From the IMG/VR virus record IMGVR_UViG_3300045988_129927: a DNA stretch of 64,000 bases; one strand, 5' to 3'. Origin of the DNA: a virus. Within the stretch, counting starts at the first letter, position 1. Each line of letters opens with the position of its first letter. Below are positions 9,159 to 19,051 of this stretch, in pieces. The position numbers and the translations under genes were made by a program. The notes beneath the pieces were generated by a model. The model did not search any database. It saw only the letters and a program-made list of their open reading frames with translations, and was not told where the DNA came from.

Positions 9159-9599
9159 TTAATCCTCACGTATTTCTAAGAACACCATATTTGGATTACG
9201 TTGTTTATCTATATCGACAGTTACAAAGTAACAGTCAAAGTCTCTCGGTACGAAATAGAGAAAATTAATGACACATTCAATAATAGTCATCAGACTTTCT
9301 TCTAAGTCATTATCCAGATAAACAGACTCAGCTACATATGTTTCATTTCCATTGATGTCCCTATAATGAATATTAATTCCATCAGTTACTTTTAATGTAT
9401 TATCAATAAAGTTACTAACTAACTCGATTTCATTATCGAGTTTAAAGATATCTAAATCTTCTAACATAAACACAAATACATCGCGTAAAGTGAAATCAAA
9501 ATGATTAATAAAATAATTATTAAGTTTATTAATTTCATCTAATGTGAAACGAAAACTTAATACGTGAATAATGTTAATGGGAATAATATATTTATCCAT
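9159..9599 (-). CDS. hypothetical very acidic protein (1st gene of acidic operon)
   Basis: 146-aa ORF. D+E far exceed K+R by eye. Confidence 0.7.
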   Translation of the reverse strand: MDKYIIPINIIHVLSFRFTLDEINKLNNYFINHFDFTLRDVFVFMLEDLDIFKLDNEIELVSNFIDNTLKVTDGINIHYRDINGNETYVAESVYLDNDLEESLMTIIECVINFLYFVPRDFDCYFVTVDIDKQRNPNMVFLEIRED

Positions 9600-9620
9600 T
9601 TTTAAATTCCTTTATATAAA

Positions 9621-9651
9621 TACTGAAGAGGATAATAAACCCTCTTCAGTA
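9621..9651 (-). terminator. hairpin terminator downstream of DHFR
   Basis: tactgaagagg / cctcttcagta stem. The same stem sequence recurs at 10363-10390. Confidence 0.6.
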
Positions 9652-9670
9652 TAATAATATATGTTTAATC

Positions 9671-10336
9671 TTATTTACAGTTTTTCTCTAATTCTTCATG
9701 GTATCGTTCAAAATAGATATGGGCAGATTCATCACTAATATAAATAACATCTTCTAACTCACCATTACTATTAGGGATATCTTTAACAACATATTGATTA
9801 AACCTTAAAATAGTTTCTCCTGTATTTAGAATTTTAATATCATCGTCTTTAGTCGTTTGAATCACTTCTTTTTGACGACATAAGTGAAACTCATTAATCT
9901 CATCTATAAACTCCTTATAGATTTCTTCACCACCAATAATCCAGATATCTGTACCATGTAGTTCAGCAATGTTTCTTAACAGTTTCTTCTTATTGTCGAT
10001 ATTGTAAATATGTACAATGGATGGGTCTACCATTTGGTCTTCATTGAGAAACTCTTTTGAATTCTTACGACTAATGATATAATTAGTTCGATTAGGTAAT
10101 GGACCTTTTAATGTTTCCCACGTTTTCCTACCCATGATAACAGGATGTCCTACAGTTAATTTTCTAAAGTATTGTAAATCAGCTTTGTTCTTAATAGGTA
10201 GCTTATCATTTAAAGAATAAATATAATAACCATTTTGGTTAACCACTACACCAATAATAGCCTTAACTAAATAATCATCTTCGTAAGCATACTCATCTTC
10301 TAAATCTTCAATATCTGAATTAGGTAACTGTTCCAT
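9671..10336 (-). CDS. folA: dihydrofolate reductase with acidic N-terminal and ~50-aa C-terminal extensions
   Basis: KADLQYFRKLTVGHPVIMGRKTWETLKGPLPNRTNYIISR aligns with E. coli [39 protein letters not shown], including the catalytic Asp. WIIGGEEIY is the GGxxxY motif. Confidence 0.9.
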   Translation of the reverse strand: MEQLPNSDIEDLEDEYAYEDDYLVKAIIGVVVNQNGYYIYSLNDKLPIKNKADLQYFRKLTVGHPVIMGRKTWETLKGPLPNRTNYIISRKNSKEFLNEDQMVDPSIVHIYNIDNKKKLLRNIAELHGTDIWIIGGEEIYKEFIDEINEFHLCRQKEVIQTTKDDDIKILNTGETILRFNQYVVKDIPNSNGELEDVIYISDESAHIYFERYHEELEKNCK

Positions 10337-10362
10337 AAAGGTACTCCTTAATATAAAATAAT

Positions 10363-10390
10363 ATACTGAAGAGGATATCCTCTTCAGTAT
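10363..10390 (-). terminator. hairpin terminator upstream of DHFR (ends the 10430-11041 unit)
   Basis: atactgaagag / ctcttcagtat stem, sharing its core with the hairpin at 9621-9651. Confidence 0.6.
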
Positions 10391-10429
10391 ATTATTAAGT
10401 AATATATAATTATTTAGTTAGTACTTAAT

Positions 10430-11041
10430 CTACCTGGTTTGTTTAACACCATGGAAACCATCCAATGTTATTGGTAAGAACGATATTGGTTTAAAGATTA
10501 CATCCATATCGAAGGAACCAATATATACCAAAGAATCAGGATTAGCAGTAACCCTAATCTTACCAGTATCGTAGTTGTAACCATTTTGAGTATATTTAAC
10601 CACAGTTACTTTTAAAGAATCCATTCTAAAATTAGCTCTACTTTTAATAGCATCAAATACTTCTTTTACTTTAGGAATACTATATCGCCAACTATCAGTA
10701 GTAATACTAAACGAACCATCTGAGTTATCACCATCAATTGCGTAGATTAACCATTGTGCACCTACGTGGACTCTTCTGTAAGAACGAATAGTGCTAGAAC
10801 CTTCCCAGCGTTCACTATTATCTTTAGCCGTAATTTTAACCGAAGTATTCTTTTCCTTCAAGAATTTATTACGGAATGCTTCAGATGCACCGAATTGGTC
10901 TTTAGTTAAACTATCAGGTAAGTTTATTTTAGGACGTGGTGTACCAAACTCAACCTCACTCAATTTTAATGGAAACTCATTAATCTCATTGATGTGGTTA
11001 AGTAGATTTTGTTCTTCTGAAATATTTGGATTGACTTTCAT
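10430..11041 (-). CDS. hypothetical protein
   Basis: 203-aa ORF with no motif. Confidence 0.7.
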   Translation of the reverse strand: MKVNPNISEEQNLLNHINEINEFPLKLSEVEFGTPRPKINLPDSLTKDQFGASEAFRNKFLKEKNTSVKITAKDNSERWEGSSTIRSYRRVHVGAQWLIYAIDGDNSDGSFSITTDSWRYSIPKVKEVFDAIKSRANFRMDSLKVTVVKYTQNGYNYDTGKIRVTANPDSLVYIGSFDMDVIFKPISFLPITLDGFHGVKQTR

Positions 11042-11062
11042 TTCAATCTCCTTATTACAGAA

Positions 11063-11884
11063 TTACCAACTAAATGATTTAGATAAATCTTGTTTAACTG
11101 GTTTAACAGAAGTATGTTTAAAGATATCTGTTAGAATAGACAAAGTAGAAGATTCTACAGATACCATACCTGCTTCAGCACGTTCTACTACACGTTTAGC
11201 AGATTCCGCTGTCACTTCAACATCGCAAGTATCAATAGCATTAACGTGATTGACAGATTCGCAAGATGGGCTGATGAGTTTTTCAGCACAAGTAATACCA
11301 GGTTCAGTTACATAGTCGAATGTGATTACAGTGTGTAATACTTTAACATTACGACCACCCATGTTCTTACGAGTAGTCAGACTACGTATACTAAAACAAA
11401 CATTAAATCCTTTTTCTTGCAAGTCTTGTTCTAAGAACTTACCATAAGGACCACTTGGTTTAATTTTAGCAAAGATACCTACACATTTCTCTTTAGTCAA
11501 TGGGTCGATATAACCTGGTACCAACCAAATTGCACCAAAAGTAGCACATACTTTAGTTTCTTCAATTTGCATATTTCGTTCTAAGAACTGAATGTCAGTC
11601 ATACCAGCTTCACGTTTAGGATGACCATATTCTGCTTTAACGAAACCACCTTGAATTCTATCATTAAACAAAGTACCTGGAGCAAAGAAGCTTTCAGCAC
11701 CTTCTGAAGAATAGTATTCGTTTTGACCTGATTTATTTACATTCTTAGATGCGTGGTCTAACGCACCAATACAGATAGTATACCAACCACCTTCGTCAGG
11801 TCTTAGGATACCTTGTTTATCTGTACCATCTAATCTTGACATTTTATAGACAAAATTAGAATCTTTCATGTCGTAACTTAACAT
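11063..11884 (-). CDS. prohead (maturation) protease, T4 gp21 / phiKZ gp175-like
   Basis: FVKAEYGHPKRE resembles the T4 gp21 GELNHP catalytic-His motif. GKFLEQDLQEKGFNVCFSIRSLT resembles GDKLAANIRAGWIPGVSSRGLGS, which holds the catalytic Ser. Spacing between the two is similar. Confidence 0.55.
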   Translation of the reverse strand: MLSYDMKDSNFVYKMSRLDGTDKQGILRPDEGGWYTICIGALDHASKNVNKSGQNEYYSSEGAESFFAPGTLFNDRIQGGFVKAEYGHPKREAGMTDIQFLERNMQIEETKVCATFGAIWLVPGYIDPLTKEKCVGIFAKIKPSGPYGKFLEQDLQEKGFNVCFSIRSLTTRKNMGGRNVKVLHTVITFDYVTEPGITCAEKLISPSCESVNHVNAIDTCDVEVTAESAKRVVERAEAGMVSVESSTLSILTDIFKHTSVKPVKQDLSKSFSW

Positions 11885-11904
11885 AATTAAATATCCATTT
11901 CTTT

Positions 11905-12630
11905 TTAATATCTTAAGATGTAATCGATAGTTTCTGTTTGGTTAGTTGGATTATTAATAGCTGAAACGACACCAGTGTAGAAATAACTACCAGTAATTTT
12001 AGTTAAGGCACTGGTAGCACTAAAGTTTACAGATGAAGCTGGAACATACACAGGTGGTGTATTAACCATATCAACATCATTAATAATTTCCCGATAATAC
12101 TGGTTGATGTCATTTGGGTTCCTCGCAATAATACTGATTGGTACAGTAGGTGCCTCCATTGTATCAGATAACGAAGCCCCAGCAAATTCATCACACGTAT
12201 CGAATATCTTATTAATATCCATATACGTCACGTAGAATGGAACCTTACCCCTACTAATAAATTCCTTGAATACTTTTACGATAATATTATTATCTTTCAA
12301 AATATCCATTGTTTTAATAACCACAGAACCAGGTTGATAAGTTAACACATAATACGGTTCTTGTGTTTCCTCATGTGTAACAATATCGACAGAATCTGGG
12401 TCTGAATGTAAATACCCCATCATGTTGTGGATTGCATAATAGTTTCCATCTAATGTTTCTATTCTAAACAAACCATAGAACGAGGTATCTACACCAACAG
12501 TAGCCAGACCAACTGTTTCAAAACGTACAGGGAAAACGATTTTACAACCTTTAGTAGTAATTACTTGGTTGTCTACTTCTTTTAAAATATCTTTAATTTT
12601 ATCAGCATCACGCTGTGACAGATTATTCAT
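11905..12630 (-). CDS. hypothetical protein (head-module neighbour)
   Basis: 241-aa ORF with no motif. Confidence 0.7.
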   Translation of the reverse strand: MNNLSQRDADKIKDILKEVDNQVITTKGCKIVFPVRFETVGLATVGVDTSFYGLFRIETLDGNYYAIHNMMGYLHSDPDSVDIVTHEETQEPYYVLTYQPGSVVIKTMDILKDNNIIVKVFKEFISRGKVPFYVTYMDINKIFDTCDEFAGASLSDTMEAPTVPISIIARNPNDINQYYREIINDVDMVNTPPVYVPASSVNFSATSALTKITGSYFYTGVVSAINNPTNQTETIDYILRY

Positions 12631-12647
12631 CAGTTGGTCCTTACAGA

Positions 12648-14117
12648 TTAATAGCTTACTAGTTCAATTTGACCACTAACCCATTCAATTAATAAATCAA
12701 TCATGGTGTTAGAAATCAATGAAGCTGGAGTAGCATTAGGGTTTTTAATTTCTAATTGATTAATACGTTGAATAATGACGCCAGCCATAGTTTCATGGAA
12801 AAATAGTTTGCAAATAAGTTGAGCAATAACCATTCGTAATGGAGTTTCCAATAAACGTGAACCAGGATAATAAGCATTAAGAAACTTATTGATTTCACTA
12901 CGGTACTCTACAGACATTTTATTGTCTGGAATGAAACTACGTAAATCAGAAGTCTCTTCACTGTCAATTGTTTCTTGAATCAAGTTAATGATATTACCTT
13001 GAATGGCATCCAAGAGACGAGAAATCTTACGGCTTTTCTCTACACGTACTTCACTTGATAAAATAACAGAACCACGGTCTTTTAGTTTATCCAAGTTTTC
13101 AACAATGCTACTAATAGAACGATAGTGAACATTATTAGAAGTATTCAGAATACCTACCATTACTTCAATCTTATCTGGACTTTCCCATTCATCGTATACT
13201 TTACCATAAACAACAATTTCTTTTTTAGTTGTATCTGGGTTAATACCGTGGATTAGGATTTTACCAGAAATAGCATTAGCGATTTGGTTAATGTTAGATT
13301 GAATTACACGAGCACAGGCAGAACGGAAGAAGTTACACCATACAGTCAAGTTAACATTATCTAAATTCAAACCTTTAGTAGGTTCTTTTGCAATTTTATC
13401 TACAATTAAGAAACCAATAACACTTAATAACATATTGCGGTAAGATTGAACCAAACCACCTACTTTTTCATTAGAGCCTAGAATTAATTCATTATAAGCA
13501 GTATCGAATAAATCACCTTCAAATGAGTTATTCCAAATAGTAGCTAATTCCATAATACCGGCATTAACTTCATCTGAACTAGTGCGACACATTTCAATTA
13601 ATTGGTCACGGCTTAAGTTATCAGGGAATGTAGGTTTAAAGCTAGGACCTTTTTGTACACGCTCTACGATAGCGAAACTATTAATATATTGGCCTAATGG
13701 ACCATATAGGAAGTCAGGAATATCCAATTTCTTAATATTAATTACAGCACCGCGTTGTTCTTTTTCTTTTAAAGTAACTTCTACTTTATTGTGCAAGTCC
13801 TCAACAATCGGATTAACCACATTGCGAACAAAGTTTACTTGATTAATAAGAGGTTTAACATAGGTTTTATCCATTTCATCTAGAGCGACACCTAGTGCAA
13901 TATTGCCACTTAGAGCAAATGGAGTGTTAGCTTTATCAGATATCAAACTCAGACTTTGATTAATGCTTTCAGTGGAAGCTACAATTTCTTCTTCAGGCAT
14001 ACAGTTTTTAAAGATATATTCTAAGGGGCTGTTTGCTTGACATTTCAGTTTTTGGCGCGGCAATAAAGAAGCTTTAGCTGTTTGAGAAGAGAGAGCCAGT
14101 AAACGAGTGTTAATCAT
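12648..14117 (-). CDS. hypothetical protein (head-module neighbour)
   Basis: 489-aa ORF with no motif. Confidence 0.75.
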   Translation of the reverse strand: MINTRLLALSSQTAKASLLPRQKLKCQANSPLEYIFKNCMPEEEIVASTESINQSLSLISDKANTPFALSGNIALGVALDEMDKTYVKPLINQVNFVRNVVNPIVEDLHNKVEVTLKEKEQRGAVINIKKLDIPDFLYGPLGQYINSFAIVERVQKGPSFKPTFPDNLSRDQLIEMCRTSSDEVNAGIMELATIWNNSFEGDLFDTAYNELILGSNEKVGGLVQSYRNMLLSVIGFLIVDKIAKEPTKGLNLDNVNLTVWCNFFRSACARVIQSNINQIANAISGKILIHGINPDTTKKEIVVYGKVYDEWESPDKIEVMVGILNTSNNVHYRSISSIVENLDKLKDRGSVILSSEVRVEKSRKISRLLDAIQGNIINLIQETIDSEETSDLRSFIPDNKMSVEYRSEINKFLNAYYPGSRLLETPLRMVIAQLICKLFFHETMAGVIIQRINQLEIKNPNATPASLISNTMIDLLIEWVSGQIELVSY

Positions 14118-14323
14118 TTAGATTCTCCTTTAGAAATAATACGACGTTGCAGGTCAGCCAATGCCAACTCTTCAATAACGTCAGTTGTTAAAACATCACC
14201 ATCTTTCTCAGGAAGAGTACCGATGACATTATTAATTACATGCAGTGATAAACGACTCACTAGAAAAGCAGCACTGGCTAACACCAATGCGTTTTCTGAA
14301 TCGACGAGTATTTCTTTATTCAT
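14114..14323 (-). CDS. hypothetical small protein
   Basis: The internal Met (MNKEILV) has the better RBS (gaggtatttaaaATG). The stop overlaps the next start (ATGA-type coupling). Confidence 0.5.
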   Translation of the reverse strand: MNKEILVDSENALVLASAAFLVSRLSLHVINNVIGTLPEKDGDVLTTDVIEELALADLQRRIISKGESK

Positions 14324-14420
14324 TTTAAATACCTCGAGGTTATTAAATAAATTCATTAAACGTTTAATAAGAAGAGAGACTACCCCCCTAAGGAAGCAGC
14401 CTCTCTAGTCACAAATACAG

Positions 14421-17400
14421 CTATTTTTTACTATTAAAGTAGGTATCCGCTACCTTTTTACTCATCTCAACCAATAAGGTATTTGTCATACCCATTAGGA
14501 ACGGACTATTTACAATACGGTTGTATACTGAGTTACTACCAAAGATAGCATCAAGTTCCATACCCATAGAACCATCCTTGTTAGCAAGACGTGGTGGATC
14601 ATCATACACATAGCCCACAGTAGCTTTGAGCTGTGCTCCATATACAACTTTATCACCTACACTAATACCTTGATTACTGCTAATAGTAAATACAATTACA
14701 GCTGTATCTACAAGCAATGGGTTACCATCTACACGATAAGTATCGTCTACTTCACCGGTATATGGTTTTTTACCTAAAGCTTTTTGTAAAGCAACCAATT
14801 TATTATCAGAAGCATTAGCTATTTTCATTAGTGATTCAGACATGTCTTCTTTATCACCATTATAGAATACTTCTACTTTATCAATAACACCATTAATACT
14901 ACTCTTAGGAGCTGACTTACTTAAGTTTCTTAATAAATCAATACTGTTTTCATCAAACAAATTACCATCATGAGTAATACTGTCTTCAATGTAACATAAT
15001 GGGTCATCAATCTTAACTACAGTACCAGGTTTAGCCAGTCTATGGATACTTTGGTCAAAGTTTACTACTACTTCTTTTTTCACTACAGTTTTTACACGGG
15101 TATTTTCACCAAACTTACGAGTAATAGCTGTAGAGTCTTCAAAAGTATATGGATGCTCAATCAACGCTACTTTACCTAATACACCAGTTTTCATTGCTAA
15201 TTTACCAGGTTTCATTGGGTCAGATGTAAAGAAGTCAGAGTTATACGCTATCGCGTCACCTTTCTTAACTTTATCACCTTTCTTCAAATGAGTAGTAATA
15301 TCGTGAGCAGTATTGAAACCACCACTAGAACCATAACGTCTACCGATTTCTACTTGTTTTGTACTACCGTCTTTATAAGTAACAGTAATCGCAAAATCAT
15401 TAACATCAGTGACGACACCATCTTGTTCAGCAGTAGAAGCATATACATCGCTACAACGCTCTACTAGTTTTTCATCATAACCAGTACGCAAAGGCATTAC
15501 TTGACCATTAGATGTAGATAGAGTATGGTTGATTTGTGTACCCAAGAACACTGCCCGCTTAGGGTCATCTGTATCAGAACAAGGATACATCATCATTGCT
15601 GTAGAGAATACGTTTTCAGGTTTTAAATCCTTATTTACTTCTTCGGTACCAGAATTTTCAGGTAAACCATAAAGTGATTTAAACTTAGGATTAGCAGACA
15701 TATAAGTGGTTACACCAGCATCACTACTATCGACAGTAGCTTCTGAAATAACACCTATAGAAGTCTTGTGGTGAATACGTGTACGTTTAACCATACTTTT
15801 CTTACCACGACCACCATTACCACTAAATGTCGTTACTTCTTGTTGTTTTAAATCTTGAATTGGATTTAAGTTCTCTACAGTCTGTTTAGATGTATCTTTT
15901 AAGATAGACATCCATACTGCTTCTGGGTTAAGTTCAATTGGGTAGTTTGCTTTAATACCGTGCCTATTGTGTTCACGTAACGAATTAACAATGGCTTTAT
16001 ATACCTCGCCAGCCATTCTTTCATAACCGGCAATACGTTGACCAGTCATGTCTACTTCATCAGCATGATAGCGAGTTAATAACAATTCAACAGAACGAAT
16101 TAATAAACCAGTAAAATCAGTAGGTTCATTCATTTCAATCAAAATACGTTCAGTAATCGGGTCTACAAACATGTTGTTGTATAAATCAATTTCCTTAACA
16201 TATCGTCCTGGAATTTTAATAGACTCTAATAGATTAAAATAGATTTCTTTTCTATCTAATAGGGTTATTGCAGTATCACTGGTATCGCACTTACTTAAAC
16301 CAGATAAGATTAATGAAGCCATTCTATCTTTACGAGATAATACTAAAGAGAAATCAGAAAACTTAACCATGTATTCATGACTTTCTAATTTAACACGTGT
16401 ACCTGTTTTGACTGTTTTATAGTATTTTGGTTTTAAAGCAGCAATCAGTTTAGTTAGACCAAGTTTATAACCCAATACTAAACCAATTGGCAAAGGCTTA
16501 CCCATGATATCGATGGTAACTGATTCCACAGGTGCTTTAGATGAATCAATACCACACATGGATTCGATATCACCTAGTTCCGTTACTTCATTACCAATAA
16601 CAGAATAGAAAATACCGTCTTCATTAACACCTAAACCAAATTTACCTTTATAACTACCAGCAAAGAATAATCCTTTAGATTCTACACTTCTAACTAAGTC
16701 ATTACCAAAACGTTCATTGGCTTTGTGATAATCAAAATAGATAAAAGCGTCTTTTGTAGTGACTGCTCTAAAGTGCATGGATAATAAAGAGTAAATATCT
16801 GGAGCTTTTACATTATTATCAAACACATTACCACTACGTGTTTCTTTTACTGAATCTAATTCTGGATTAAATGCTATAGCGCGTATTTGTCCAATTAACC
16901 ATTTCTCGTAATTAAACTGACGAGTAGTATCACGTTTAGCAAATGTTTTACCAAAGTAAGAAGTCAATGCCACAGTACTATCGTTAATTTTACGAATAGG
17001 AAGATCTCGTCTTTGATTTCTAAGTACGTAATCGACTCCGCTGACCTTAAACTTACCATCGCTGTTTACTCTAGGTAGTTTAACACGAATGGTAGATTGC
17101 TCACCTTCGATGGGTTTAATCTTCATGGAGTATACATCGTAACCACCCATGATGTTTTCATGAGTTTGCTTACGTATATCGTGTACAATCGCACCACCAC
17201 CTTGAATACCTACCATCATTGCTGCTACATCTCGTTCCAAGTGTTTTTCAATGTAGCGCTTACCCATTACATTTAAAGTAGAAACTTCTTTATCTTCATT
17301 TGAAATTTCTAATTCTTCAGGTTTAGTATTAACCATTTCACCGACGGTCATTTTACTGTCATTGGTTAATTTCAAATTACGATACTTACCAATAGATTTA

Positions 17401-18869
17401 CGAATACCATCGTATTTAGATACTGTCATGTTTTGGTTTTTGGCAATATAATCTAAAGCAGCTTTGGCTTTTTCTTCAGCTGTTTTTGTCTCTTTAGGTT
17501 TAGTTACTAAGACAGGAATTTCTTCAATAGGTAATTTAGATACATTGAGTATATCAGATACATCTAAATTAGTATCAATTCTATCGTTAAATTCTTCTTC
17601 TTGTTCAGTAGGGATAGAAACTACACGACTAATATTAATGTTGTTTTTCTTCTCTTGCTCTTTAGAATCAAGAGATTCAGAATAATCAACATCATCTTCT
17701 TCGTCGATAATATCGCCAATAATGTCTAAGTCTTTTTGAACCGTTAAATCAGCAGAGTCTTCTGTAACGATATTCTCAGTAATATCAATATCGTCTACTC
17801 CATTCTCTTCTTCATTTTCATCAGATTCGTTAACCTCATTACCTTCAACATCTTCTACAATATCTGTATTTTTGTCTTTAATGTCAGTTAATGAATTACT
17901 TTGTTTATCTTTATTAGATTCGTCATCGGAACCTTTAAAGTCTTCTGTTTCCTTAGCTTCTTGTTCCAATACTTCTTCTTCAGTTAATTCAATCAAACTA
18001 GAATCGGTAGAAGCTTTGTTTAATTCAATAAGCATTTTAACAAAGTTTTTAGACATATTGGTTGGGTCTAGTTTACCTGACTTGTTTTCATCAGATTTAC
18101 GCCATCTGTCTAATTGACCTAAAGAATAATAAGTAAAGACATTATTGCTAATAAAGACAATATTAATCTTATCTAATATTTTTAAAGGAATGTTTTTAAA
18201 GATAGACTTATTACGATTTAAACCTAACCATTTCCACAATTCGAAAATAATCAGTTTCTCTAGTGTATTGAAACGAGTAAAGAACATATTGGTTACAGTA
18301 TTTGCAGCCATCTTCATCTCAGATACTTTTGGTAAGTCTTTTAAATCAGGTACATTTAAGAAAATAAACTGATTATAATAATCACCATGGGCATCGTAAA
18401 TGTCTTTCATCCCTTTAATAAAAGTATTAATAATATTAGTATTCTTATAATAAGGGATACGAATCTCATTACCTAAGTATTTATACCTTTTATCGCAAAT
18501 AGCATAGTTTAAAATAACAGGTACTAAAGGATTAGGTTTTACTTTACTTAAGTCGTAACAAGGAATAAATTTGTGATTCTGTTTAATGTATTTACGAATA
18601 ACTTCCAAAGGCATAAACGCACGTACATTCATGTTACCTAAACGCGTAATTAAGTCTTGGTAAAAATAAATAGGAATACGTTGTACAGTTTCCGCAAACA
18701 TAGGGTTAGTTTTACTCGGCCCTACATCATCACTGGTACTACCAAAGTAATGAAAAGCATTTTGTTTCGGTAAAATAAATTTAGATAAATTAAAAATCCT
18801 AGGAGCTTGTAATTTATCTACAGTTCGATTACCGAATTTAAGATAAAAGTTATTGTAGTTTATTCTCAT
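14421..18869 (-). CDS. multisubunit RNAP beta-like subunit with ~500-aa non-RNAP N-terminal extension (phiKZ gp180-like)
   Basis: [44 protein letters not shown] matches RpoB [61 protein letters not shown]...[24 protein letters not shown] matches GDKMAGRHGNKGVIS...[25 protein letters not shown]. The ORF ends just after this motif. Confidence 0.85.
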   Translation of the reverse strand: [1482 protein letters not shown]

Positions 18870-19051
18870 TTCACACTTTCCTCAAAAGTACCAAGATTAT
18901 GGCAAACAAAGTTAATCGTGTCAAAACCCAAGGGATACCGAATTCTACCGTCGCTACCCACATAAGCTTTTTTCTCTTTTTTATACTGTTTAATCTCATT
19001 TCTAGATTCCTCAGTAAATGAACAAATAAGGTTTTCTTGGTCACCGTCATT
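18866..19051 (-). CDS. RNAP beta-prime-like N-terminal subunit, exon 2
   Basis: Start-less ORF beginning (L)NDGDQENL. There is an in-frame TAG immediately upstream. The stop overlaps the ATG of the beta gene. Confidence 0.65.
   Translation of the reverse strand, partial: NDGDQENLICSFTEESRNEIKQYKKEKKAYVGSDGRIRYPLGFDTINFVCHNLGTFEESVK

Noticed and set aside
10791-11249. 152-aa plus-strand ORF spanning two minus-strand genes
   Set aside because: It crosses the boundary of two well-supported minus-strand genes, so it is an antisense shadow.
14357-14420. Possible terminator or structured RNA (gagag...ctctc, gacta...tagtc) downstream of the beta gene
   Set aside because: The competing imperfect pairings could not be resolved by eye, and there is no clear stem plus T-tract. 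I left it unannotated.
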